NCBI RefSeq assembly: GCF_046119375.1
Contig: NW_027362765.1
Location: forward strand, 61,318,001 to 61,382,000
DNA length: 64,000 nucleotides
Direction: 5' to 3'
DNA from: Phyllobates terribilis
Lineage: Eukaryota
The translations under genes and the position numbers were made by a program. The notes under the pieces are model-generated. The model was not told the origin of the DNA. It searched no databases and saw only the letters and a list, made by a program, of their open reading frames with translations. The number at the start of each line of letters is the position of its first letter. Position 1 is the first letter of the stretch. Positions 48,791 to 60,322 of this stretch are shown here, piece after piece.

Positions 48791-49209
48791 TTCAATTGGT
48801 TGGGAGAAGAAAGCTCATAAGATGTTAAATCATTATAGATAATCGGGGGTATTTTCTCAAAGGCTGTGGAGACTAGAGTTGAGCCACCCCCGTAGTGTTC
48901 GAGTTCGGTTCGGTTCGTCGAACACCCGTATGTTCGTCGAACTGTTCGGGGAACACCGTCGAACACCGTTAAAACCAATGGCATGCAAACAAAAACACAT
49001 AGAAACACATAGAAAACACATAGAAAACACTTCAAAGGTGTCCAAAAGCTGACAAACTGCTCAGAAGACACAACTAACACATCGAAAAGTGACATGTACA
49101 TATAGTCATGCGAAAAGAAAAGAGGTGGAGGAGTAAAAGGAGGGGGAGACACAGATATAGGCATGTCATGCCCTTCTAAAATCAAGAACGTCGTGACAAG
49201 AAAATTAAA

Positions 49210-49737
49210 AAAAAAGAAGTATCTTTAGGTAGAATGGCGGTTCCATTCAGAACACTTTCCTTACAAGACGTAGTGGTATCCCCGTTGTGAGTTGTGCCAA
49301 AAACGGAACCCAATACATTCGGACTAATCCACAATTTGTCATATCCAAGGGGCAGGTCCGTAAACGATAACATCGACGCGGAACCAAGTACAGTAGTATA
49401 TACTGTACATCCTTTGACAAGGCAATCAGGCGGATCAAGAAGTTGGGAAGGGTCACCCTAATGGCCAAAACAGACATTGATGCGGCGTTCCGGTTACTTA
49501 CTACCTGTGCCTCCGAATAGTGTCCACCTATTGGGCTGCTTCTGGGAAGGAGCATACTATATAGATCGCTGTTTGCCCATGGGGTGCTCCAGATCCTGCT
49601 CACTATTTGAGGCGTTTAGTTGCTTCCTTGAATGGGTTGTAATGGACTTTTCTAAGGGGGCACATATTATCCATTACCTCGATAACTTCTTATGCCTGGG
49701 CCCAAAAGATTCGCCACAGTGTGAATACACGCGGTAG
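49210..49737 (+). pseudogene. Ngaro/DIRS-type reverse transcriptase fragment
   Basis: VVPKTEPNTFGLIHNLSYPRGRSVND, MAKTDIDAAFRLL, YYIDRCLPMGCSRSC, HYLDNFL. Confidence 0.85.
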
Positions 49738-50817
49738 TGCACCTGTGAGAAGGAGAGAGCTGGAGGGAGAGCGGACACCACAGAGCCGAGGGGTTAGATG
49801 GAGAACGGAAAAAGGAAAGAGGGCGAGGGAGGTAAGGGAGTACAGTGGAAGGCCGACCTGAGCTCCCCCACGTTCCTGCTTGGCGGGGAACAGCCCTGGG
49901 AAGAAAAGCCGCTTGCGCATCCCTTTGAGGTTACGGGCGCGAGCGGGCTGAGGGACTACGCTGGAGTGCGAAGCCGACATGGCCAGTCCGTTCCTGCCCG
50001 TGCGACCTCCGTGTCGCCGGGTTTGTGCCAGAGCCGCGGTGGACCCTGACAGCCATCCCCCCTCTCCCAATACTGGTGCCTGTCCGCTGGTGGGTCTAGC
50101 CCCCCCACAGTGTGGGGGGGGGGGAGTAACATCTGCAGAAGAAAGACCATCTTCCAGCCAAACTAAGATGTCTACTTCCTTTCGTGGACAATGTGATACG
50201 ATCCCTTTCTTACGGACACGCCCATCGCTACAAGTTCCAGATGAGGCACAAAAACAGCAGGTGCTTCAACGGATATCAAGTGCTCCTTCAAGTGAGCTCT
50301 CCTCCACCTCAACTTCAACATCACAAATACTCCAGTCCTCAGAGGTGTCACCCCAATCGCACTTGCTTCGTCACAGCTCCCAAGTCTCCAGCTGCCCGTC
50401 TGAGTATGGGGTAACACAGATGGTTGAGTCTGCACAGCTGTTTACTCATACTACAGCCTGGGAAACGGAGGTCTGCTCCAGAGCTTCTGTTAATCCAGAT
50501 GAGGAAATGATCTGCACTGATGCCCAGAATCTTTGAGTCGGATCCAGGACCAGATGAAGAAGGTTCTGAGCATAATGTAGACCCTCGTTCCCAAACTGTA
50601 ACTCCTGTTGGTGGAGACAATGATGAAGACGATGATGAGACTCAAATACCTGATTGGAGCGACAACTTGACTTTTCGGTCAGGGCAGGAAGAGGTTGACT
50701 CTGAGGACGACGGGTGTGAGAACACACAGGGTGATAATGACGAGGTTGGAGATCCCATTTACTGTCAACCCACAGTCAGCCAGTCGATGAGGTCAGCAGA
50801 GGTGGTGGAGGAGGATG

Positions 50818-51950
50818 TGACTAGCCCAGGGGATGGGGATGACTCGGTACCCGGGCCTTTGCCTGGCCTTTGGGATGTCGCGGTGGTCGGCTCCTGGACC
50901 CGTACCCTGGGGTCACTCTTTAAAAGGGTGGATAATTGTTAAGTTTATAAGAGTTCGTGACGCCACCTGTGGTATCTGGTGAGAAGCACCAGCGCTGCAG
51001 CAGTCCACTGAGGCCGCTCGATGGTACAGCTCCCCACAGGTGGAGCTAGGCCTCAGAAAAGCGTATGCAGGGGGAATGCAGGACAGGAAAGACCCAGCTG
51101 GGTCAGAGCAAGAACAGGAATGGACACGGAAGTCACTTCAGTACCTTTTACTGGTGGAAATTCAGACACATCCCGGAGCACTGTAGGGTGAAGGGTGCAT
51201 ATCAGGATCCTCCCCAATGAGCGGGTGTAGGGCCTCCTGTTTCTTGCCTCTGTGTAGTAAGTTTCTGACCTGCCTGGAGCTAGGCCTAACTTTGTCTCTG
51301 TCCTGCGCTGGCTGACCTTGTGGTAGGGCCTTGTCTTGGAGTTCACGCTCCCAGTATGCGGGGCCTAAGCGTCTCCTGGCTCTGTTACGTATCAGCACCT
51401 TAGCGATCCTGGGACTTGTAGTTCTCCAGGGATTCCGGTTATGCCTTACTGGGTCATAGAGATCCCGGTAAGCTCGGATCCAGTGTCCGGTAAATGCTTC
51501 GGGGTGAGCTGGTTAAGCTCCTCTGCCCCCTATGTACTAACTCTCCACTCGCCTTCGGCCTACTCGGGCCCTCACTAGGCTATACACACTAACGGCAGCT
51601 TGCCGCGCTTCACCGATCTTATGGCGCCAGCACACCTTAAGCTCTAACTGGGCTCCCTGAATCTAGCTAGCAGGAGCCTCGTGCTCCACTGCTGAACTAT
51701 TAACTGAGTTCTCTAGACTAGACTGAGCTCCACTGCAGACTGACTTCTCTTAGGCTTCTCTACTGCAGGAACTCTTCAGAGGAACTGAACTGCGTAGCTC
51801 CACCTTCCCTATTTATATCCCTAACTGGCTCCCTCTGCTGGTCTGAGGTGGAAGGTGGAGATGTGTGAATGTTTATGGGGGCCTCTTGTGGAGGATTCCA
51901 TCAATGCACTCTTCTAGGATCTGTGATACCAAGCGCAGCTGGGCATCACA
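50818..51950 (-). mobile_element. Solo LTR (1133 bp), Gypsy-type TGT...GTCA termini
   Basis: 4-bp TSD GATG at 50814..50817 and 51951..51954; removing it restores VVEEDAIDDEV in the hAT ORF. Confidence 0.88.
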
Positions 51951-53685
51951 GATGCTATTGACGACGAGGTGAGGTTGCGCCTTCCTGGACAGAGACGGAG
52001 TACTGGAAGCACGTCAACAACTGCATCCTCAACCACAACTCTGCCTCTCACCACAAGTCGTGGTGGCTCTTCAGGTCGCATGGGTGCTAAGCCTTGCATA
52101 GCCTGGGCATTTTTTCAGATCGATAAAGATGACCCAACTCGTGTTATCTGTAACATTTGTCAGCAAAAGCTAAGTAGAGGCCAAAAAATACATAGTTTGA
52201 GTACTTCATGCATGAACCGGCACATGGACATGAAGCATAAGTTGCAGTGGGAAGCTCACTGTGCTACAATGCGGCCTAGCCGGCCGGGCCAACCACCGTC
52301 TGCCACATCTTGTGCATCTGTGGCCTCTTCATCCTCTGTAACTGGGGGGACAGCAGTCACACCTGTTTTGGGACTCAGACCTGCCACCCGCAACAGCCAG
52401 TGTGATTGGCAGGTCATCATTTCATTTGGAAGTGGAAACACCAGCTGGTGTTGAGCTCTCTGACATCGAGAGCACCACCTTTGGATCAAGGCAACCTAAC
52501 TTTTCCGCCTGCATCTTCCTCACAGACCGGCAGTTTGCCGGGGACACCCTACTCAACCCCGTCTAAGCACAACAGCCAGCCCTCGGTCCCTCAGATGTGG
52601 ACAAGTAAAAGACCATTTCCTCCTAGCCATGACAAAGCTAAGAGGTTGAATTTCACCATCTGCAAGCTGTTGGCTACAGAAATGCTGCCTTTCCGCCTGG
52701 TGGACACAGAGGATTTTCGAGACCTTATGTCCGTCGCAGTGCCCCAGTACCAGATGCCCAGTCGGCACTACTTCTCAAAGAAAGGTGTGCCTACGCTACG
52801 CCAGCATGTCATACACAACATCACCGCTTCTTTGAGAAACTCTGTGTGTGACAGGGTGCATTTCACCACAGACACTTGGACGAGTAGGCATGGACAGGGG
52901 CGTTACATGTCGCTGACTGGGCACTGGGTAACTATGGTGACAGCAGGACAAGGGGCTGCTGTCCAAGTCTTGCCGTCCCCACGAGTTGTGCGTCAATCCT
53001 CTTTATCTAGAAGTTCCTCCACTGCTTCTGCCTCCTCAACCTCCTCTCGGTCCTCCACCTGCACCCAAAGCCTGTCTGGTAATGCCACCCGCTTTCTAAC
53101 TGCGCAGAAGGAATCCTGCACACCTCTTTACTATGCTGGCAGCAGGGCTCAACGGCATCAGGCGGTGTTTACTTTGAAATGTCTGGGAAATGTGAGTCAC
53201 ACAGCTGAGGAGTTGTGGTCAGCTCTGGAGACCCAGTTTCATGAATGGTTGTCTCCACTGGACCTGCAACCAGGGAAGGCCGTGTGCGACAATGCTGCAA
53301 ACCTGGGTGCGGCCCTTCGCCGGGGCAATGTCACACACGTGCCTTGTATGGCTCACATGTTGAACCTAGTTGTCCAGCAATTTTTAGCCCACTATCCCGG
53401 ACTAGATGGCCTTCTGCAGAGGGCACGGTCGCTGTGTGCTCACTTCCGCCGTTCGCATCCCGCAGCTCAACAACTTACATCTCTACAGAAGTCATTGGGC
53501 CTGCCAGTTCACCGGCTGAAATGCGATGTGCCGACACGGTGGAATTCAACTCTGCACATGTTGCAGCGACTGTGGCAGCACCGACAAGCCCTGGTGCAAT
53601 ACGTTCTGACGTATAGCCTGGGCCAACGAGATCCAGAGGTGGGGCAAATCACGCTGCAGGAGTGGTCTCAGATCAGGGATCTATG

Positions 53686-54864
53686 AAGTTGACGCGCCCC
53701 CTGGGCCGTGGGGTACCCGGAGCCGGGCCGATAGAAGCTGGGGGTTGTAGTCACTGTGGCGGTGACCCGGTCCGTGACCCAGGGCGGTCAATCCAAGGGT
53801 AATTTGTATATATGGGTTTTATAATGTCCGACTAAACCACCTGTGGAGTGCGGCCAAAGGGGCCGCCGCTGCGGAACAGTCCTCTGAAGCTGGTGGTTTT
53901 GCAGCAATGGTATTATTACTCCCCACAGGACGAGTGTAGCTTCAGGGCAGTGTGGGTGGATGATGGTGGTTGTAGTGCAGGGAGTCAGTAATGAACACAG
54001 AGTCCGTGTGATGCAGTCCCAAGATCTTTACTCACAGTTGTTGCAGTCCAGATTACAGGTACCAGAGCAATCTCTCCCGTCGTGCTGTGCGTACTCAGTG
54101 AGGGGCTCAGTCCACCCCCAGATAGCTCCGGAGTACTTAGCAGGACCCCCTTCTGTGTGTCCTTTCTCTGGCCTTCTCCCTGCACCTCACACCCAGTGAC
54201 ACTTCTATCCGGTATCCTGGGGCCTTGGCGGGCGACGTGTGTTCCGTCCCCTGGGTCCTATGTGGCTACCTTCTTAGTGAGACTGGTGTGGACTTTGGCC
54301 TGTAGTACATGAAATGCTGCAGCCTCCGGTTTCTAGTTGAGCCTTGCAGTTTCTCCGCTAGTTGAGTGACCGGTTCCCCTTATCTCTACCTCCTGGTAGC
54401 AGCGGGCGTACGGGTGGCCTTCTGCACGGCCCGTACCCCTAGGGTCCCTTCGGTTCCGGGAGCCTTCCTGCTCCCACTCATCTCTTCTCTCCTTCAGTCC
54501 TGGGCCTCCCAGGCTAGGCCCACCTCCGGGGCAGAGCTCATGCAGAGCCTCTGCTCCTGTCACTTCTCCTCCTCTGACTGGCTTGCTCTTTCTAAGATGG
54601 CTTCCTATTTATACTCTCCCTGTCATGTGCTCCTCTAAGCTGCTTTCTCCACCCACACCCACTACATAGGACCCTCCCGCCAGCTAGGGACCTGGGACTG
54701 GGCTCTCCCTTAGGAGCAATCTCGCCCTACCCCCACTGCTGGTATGTGTTGGATGCAGGTGTTAGGGTCCCAAGCCATACTCCTTCCTTACCTGAGGGTG
54801 AGATACCACACCTCTGGGTGAGATGCAGTACCTCTGTGGCGACTGAACCCTCAGGGGCGCCACA
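53686..54864 (-). mobile_element. LTR (53690..54864) plus 4 extra nt, no TSD; related to the LTRs at 58436 and 62283
   Basis: Minus-strand start TGTGGCGCCCCTGAGG and end GCGCGTCA resemble TGTAGCACCCCGAGG...GCGAGTCA. It interrupts IRDL|TLQHSFE of the hAT ORF. Confidence 0.85.
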
Positions 54865-56399
54865 GACCCTACAGCACAGTTTTGAAATGGCGACGAAGAT
54901 GTTTAGTGCTGACGATGCCATTATCAGCATGACTATTCCGGTGATTTACATGCTGGAGCACACGTTAAACAGAATTCAGAGTCAGGTGGTGGGACAAGAG
55001 GAGGTGGAGGAAGTAGAGGAGGAGTCGTATGAGGAAGGGATAACATCTCCAAGGTCCAGACGGTCGGCAGCACCAAGGCGGCAGGCATGGGAGGGTGGGG
55101 GAGAGGGATTAACCAGGGCGCATGGTTGCAGCCAAACTGCTGAGGAAGGTGCAGGAGCCGAGGAAGAAGTGCAGGACGAACTGGCGATGGGCATGGAAGA
55201 CTCATCAGATGAGGGAGACTTTGATCACATTTCTGTTGTGCGAGGTTGGGGGGAGAGGGCAGAGGAAGGAAGCATGATTCTTACCTCACTACCAACACAA
55301 CAAGGACTTGGTCCTCCTGGATGCGCAAGACACATGAGTGCCTTCTTGCTGCACTACCTGCAACATGACCCTTGGATTGTCAGAATTCGAAGTAATCCCG
55401 ACTACTGGGTTGCCAGTGCCACACTCTTAGATCTCCAGTACAAAAGTAAATTTGCCGAAATAATTCCTGCCATAGTAAGGGATTCACGCATGCAGGAGTA
55501 TCAGCAGAGGCTGTTGCAGAATCTTACATGTGCTTTTCCACAAAACACCAGTGGTGCACGTAGTGAATCTCACAGTTCTAACTTGCAAACCGTGGGACTG
55601 TCGAGTCTTCATCACTTAAACCGTAACAGTAACACAGTATCTGCTGGTAACAGCAATTTTGTGGAATCGTTTCACCACTTTTTTAGACCATCCTTTGCAA
55701 GGCCACAGGAGACAAGAAGTCTGACACATAGTCAACGCCTAGAGAGGATGGTACAGGAGTATCTCCAAGTGAACATCGAAGCCATGACTGTGTCACTGGA
55801 CCCTTGCTCATTTTGGGATTCCAATCTGGAAAAATGTCCGGAGCTCGCCACTCACGCCTTGGAGATCTTGTCATGCCCTGCAGCCAGCGTTCTCTCTGAA
55901 TGTGTGTTCAGCGCTGCTGGTGGTGTGCTGACAGATAAGCGCACGCGGCTGTCCACTGAGAATGTAGACAGACTCACGTTCATAAAGATGAACAAATCAT
56001 GAATCCGCAAGGACTTTTCTACCCCTGTGTCATCCTGGGGAGACTAAAAGCTTGAGGATTTGGTAAAATCACCTCACCAACTGTTTTAAGCAACTCTGGG
56101 GCAATTTATGCCACTTAAGTGGTGTCTGTGCCACAATTTTTGGAAAAAATGGAGACTCTTTTTGGAGTCCCCTTGCTATGTTTTACGTGACGTTGGCATC
56201 GTCAATTCCAGGTGGGTTGGGTCGCTCCCCCCTTTTAACTGTAGGAAACTACATACACTATGGCTTGGGGTAACACAGATGGTTGAGTCTGAAGAGCACC
56301 TTGCCATACCGCTATCGGCACAATCTCTGACCATACTGTAGTTAGTTTTGTGAAAAATTCTCTGAAGCGCTCAGTGTCTAGTTTCATTATTGCCATTAG

Positions 56400-56690
56400 T
56401 TATGCGCTCTTGTGATGATCTAGGTCGTTTCCCCCGGCCTGTATAACTAAGATGACCGGACCTCTTGCCTCTCTCCCTACCTTGATTACCTCCATTAATA
56501 CCTGTGGCCATAGCAGGCCTCTAATACCTCTCCAGTTGAAATATGTGTTATGAAACTCTAATTTCCTCCCGCCTGGGTGGACTTTCGCCCTTTTTTCTGC
56601 CCAATATATATACGAGTGGCCTATCACCCACAATGTTGGCTTAGCGTCACCTGTAAAAGAAACAAACCACGTTAGGATAAAAAGTCCGGT
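56400..56690 (-). pseudogene. SGNH hydrolase-like ORF of Ngaro, truncated
   Basis: LWVIGHSYIYWA (block I), WRGIRG (block II), VILVIQAGGNDL (block III). Confidence 0.8.
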
Positions 56691-57540
56691 CTTATGTATC
56701 TCGCCAAACACGTGGATCGCCATCTCCCTATCCTATGAACTTCCGTTTCTGACAGCCCTGCTCTTGCTGCTTCCGTGGCCGCGCCTATGCGGAATGAGTG
56801 TGTCCCATAATCTTTGGGGTGGTTCCCTGCCGATGTTATGCATTTATTAAATATAGCTTGGAACTGGTATCTTGATAATTGCATTCCATCAATGTGTGAT
56901 AGGAAGAAATTACTTTGTGATCTGATGGTTATATATGTTTTTACTATTGTTATCCGACTCAGTGTACCGTTTGTGGGTTGTAGAAGTACCCAAGTGCCCC
57001 TGCCCGCTGGAACCGTTTTCGATTGGCGTATGCGTAGACGTATTGCATTATTGGCTATGACTACGTCCTGGTGTAATAAGCCTCCACTGGTGGTAATTTT
57101 GGATTGAGGGACTAATTCGCTTATGCATAGCGCCCCGAACAAGGCAATCGCAAATGTATTAGACAGTAGTGTTGCTTCAAATTGTGAGTGTCATGATAAT
57201 GGTGTTAGGGATATGATGTGAGAAATCAGTTTTAGTGACACGGGACGGGACGTCTACACTCCTGACTTGGCTGACCCCTTTTCCACCCTTTTATGGATTG
57301 TCTGATGATGAATCTCTTTGTCACATCTCCCCAATTCAGTAGTTGGAAGTGAAATGCTACTCCAGTCATACACCGCTGCGCTGACGTCCCTGATATGCCC
57401 CTCATCATTAGCTGGTGGAGAAATTCTATGGTGACTTGTAATCTGTCTTGTTCACATTGGTCAACCCGTCTGCCTGCTACTAGTCATGTCCACTCTTCCC
57501 ATGCCTTACCGTATGCTTGCCACGTCGACGGGGCAACTGA
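56672..57540 (-). pseudogene. Ngaro tyrosine recombinase
   Basis: FGALCISELV, LRIRQSKT, YGTHSFRIGAATEAA, IGRWRSTCLARYIRP; frameshifted N-terminal part upstream. Confidence 0.9.
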
Positions 57541-57887
57541 CGCTCTGATTAATGGCATCAACTATTCGCCACTAGATCCCATAGGGAGGGTGGGCAACTG
57601 TTGCCCGATGGGTGGGCGTTGGGGAGGAGCTCTGTGAAAATCTGCCAATTGAATTGTGATAAAGCGTTAGCAGCAGCTTTAGACCCCTCAGCATCGTGGC
57701 TAGCGCGGACCCATACATTGTGTTTTAGGCACAGGAATGCTAGCCGGCGTAGTAGGCCTAGCACTGGGAGAGACGATGATGCCATCTTATTAATGCAGTG
57801 CGCTAGGCTGGTGTTTTTTGTTATGAAGCGTATATTTTTGTTAGCCAGGCGCGCCCCATATTTCTATTGCTACCACTATTGGGAAGA

Positions 57888-58435
57888 AAAATTATTTTCC
57901 GGGCTAGATGCAGCTAAAAATTATTATTAATTTCAAAGCTGGTGGAGCTTGGTATAGATGGCCTAATACAATGAATACCACACACTGCTACTATGCCCAA
58001 AATTATTTTCCAGGCAAGATGCAGCTACAAATTATTATTAATTTGAAAGCTGGTGGAGCTTAGTATAGATGGCCTAATAGAATGAGTACCACACACTGCT
58101 ACTATGCCCAAAATTATTTTCCAGACAAGATGCAGCTAAAAATTATTATTAATTTCAAAGCTGGTGGAGCTTGGTATAGATGGCCTAATACAATGAGTAC
58201 CACACACTATTACTATGCCCAAAATTATTTTCCAGGCAAGATGCAGCTAAAAATTATTATTAATTTCAAAGCTGGTGGAGCTTGGTATAGATGGCCTAAT
58301 ACAATGAGTACCACACACTACTACTATGCCCAAAATTATTTTCCAGGCAAGATGCAGCTAAAAATTATTAGTAATTTCAAAGCTGGTGGAGCTTAGTATA
58401 GATGGCCTAATAGAATGAGTACCACACACTGCTAA
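57888..58435. repeat. 111-bp tandem array, part left of the LTR element (about 5 units)
   Basis: CTATGCCCAAAATTATTTTCC recurs at 57991, 58102, 58213 and 58324. Confidence 0.95.
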
Positions 58436-59699
58436 TGACTCGCCCCCTGGGCCATGTTGCAGTGCGGCGCACGTGTGCGCGGGGGAATACCCGGAGCCGG
58501 ATCCGATGGGGGTTGTAGTCTCCGAGTGGCGGGGACCCGGTCCATGCCCAGGGTGGTCAAACCAAGTGGCGGTTATTGCTATGATGGTATTAGTGTCCGA
58601 CTACGCCACCCGTTGAATGCGGTTATGAAACCGCCGCTGCAGGGCAGACCGCTGAGGCCGGTGGTATGGTTGTGCAGCGTGGATGGTATAACCCCCAACG
58701 GGAGGGGTATAGCCTCAGGGCAGCTGGTGAAGCAGGAAATGATGATAGTGGTAGTGGTGGTGTGACAAGGAATCGCAGAGACTTGTAGTGCAGGTTTAAA
58801 GCTTTACTCACAGTTGGTGTTCAGATCACTTCGGCCAAGAGTGACCACCCGAGCCGTGCTGCGTCCACCAGGTGCGGGACTCGGCCAACTCCCAGGCAGT
58901 TCCAGAGCGTGGTCCTGAGCTCCCCTCTCCTGCTTCCTACTGGCCGTCCCCACCAGGGATCCACCTTTGTCCGGCTCCCTCGGGCGTTCTGGTGGTGAAA
59001 CCTTTCCCGGCTTCCCTGACCCTATACGTGGTTTGCCTTCCTGGTGGATGTGGCGAGGGGTCGCGCCAAAACTTGACCACGACCTCCGGTTCCTGGCTGA
59101 GGATAATTGGCCTCCACCAGTTTGGGATCCGGTACCCTGTTCTGCCAACCCTTCACCCGTTAACTCGTGGGATCTCAGGGTTCCCTCTCTTCTTGCGTCT
59201 CTGGGCCTTTCCTGGTGTTTCTGTTCCTCCTTCTTCTTCTTTCTCTCTCTCTCTGCCTCAGGCCTCCTCTCCAGGCCTGGCTCTGGAGCTGGGCCCAGAC
59301 TGAGCCACAGCTCCCTGTCAGCCCTCTCTGGCTGAGCTCCTCTCTGAACTGACCGTTGATCCAAGATGGTGCCCACCTTTTATACTCCCTCTGACACCCG
59401 AGCCCAGGTGACCAGCACCCAATGGGCTCCTACCTATGCCCAGAGTCCCTCCCCTCTCTGCTCCTACACCACTGGGATGTTCCTCCCCCCTCCCCACTCC
59501 AGCCAGGGACAGAAGCTGTCGTACCTGCACATCTATCTGGTGGGAGTACCGTTGGTCTATCCCCCGGAAATGGGGTGAGTGTAGTGCATGCAGCTAACTG
59601 AGCTCAGTTCCACGCCCCATCCTTACCCGGGAGTGGAATACCACACCTCTGGTTCGAGGTGCAATACCCCTGTAGCAGCCGAGTCCTCGGGGTGCTACA
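58436..59699 (-). repeat. 3' LTR
   Basis: Direct repeat of 62283..63546, preceded on the minus strand by the PPT. Confidence 0.95.
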
Positions 59700-59711
59700 T
59701 TCCCCCCTGGT
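59700..59711 (-). other. Polypurine tract
   Basis: ACCAGGGGGGAA immediately before TGTAGCACCCC on the minus strand. Confidence 0.85.
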
Positions 59712-60322
59712 AAATCACAGCACGTCCTCGGGCTGGAATAGAATAAAACAATATAAAACATACAAATTTTGAAAGTGCACTCATATATAAAACATTAACT
59801 GAAAACTCATCCCTTTATGGGAGGTACTTTTCTCTTTTAACGTTACGGGTATAAAACATTTTTCTAAGACATTCTATTAATGCCACCGGAACTCTTTTGC
59901 AAAACACTATATACAACTTTTTGGCATTATTATTTTAGCAGCATATTTAGCTTTCCATTATAAGACATTCTTAAATAAAACATTTTCAAACATATTCTTG
60001 ATCTCCGGCCGCTGTGCAACTTGCGACCAGGTAAAGCGCAACAGTCACTAATTCCACGATAGAAAAACAGTTTCTTATAAAACCAGTAGGGGGCACTTTA
60101 AGAAGCGCAACTATTTACAGGGTGACCGCTCTCAGTCCTCGGCCAGTGGGGATAAGGGAGTGGCTGCTCACAGTCCTCAGCCTGATTAGGGAATAGGGCA
60201 CACAGGTAACAGTCCCTTTAATAACTCGACTCTAGTCCCAACGGGGACCACACTCCAATTAGCAGCAATCCTTGTACCCCGACGGGTAACTATATACAGT
60301 TCTTTGTTCATGCTACTTCCCT

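Larger units (their letters stand above)
50110..56002 (+). pseudogene. hAT (ZBED-like) transposase with BED finger, catalytic core and dimerisation domain, split by two LTRs and frameshifts
   Basis: BED: AWAFF...VICNICQQKL...CMNRHMDMKH. Core: TTDTWTS, CDNAANL, PCMAHMLNL, DVPTRWNSTL. C-terminus: CPAASVLSECVFSAAGGVLTDKRTRLSTENVDRLTFIKMN. Confidence 0.93.
56342..57855 (-). mobile_element. Ngaro-like retrotransposon 3' part (RNase H end, tyrosine recombinase, SGNH-like ORF)
   Basis: RNase H end NKNIRF...MASSSLPVLGLLRRL...ANALSQFNW; YR and SGNH-like ORFs follow in Ngaro order. Confidence 0.85.

Noticed and set aside
49740-50110. GC-rich block between the Ngaro RT fragment and the hAT coding region, perhaps an LTR piece
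   Set aside because: No termini, TSD or clear match to the other LTRs in the window.
58082-58396. Repetitive 37-aa-unit ORF
   Set aside because: Consequence of the 111-bp unit being a multiple of 3; no other sign of coding.
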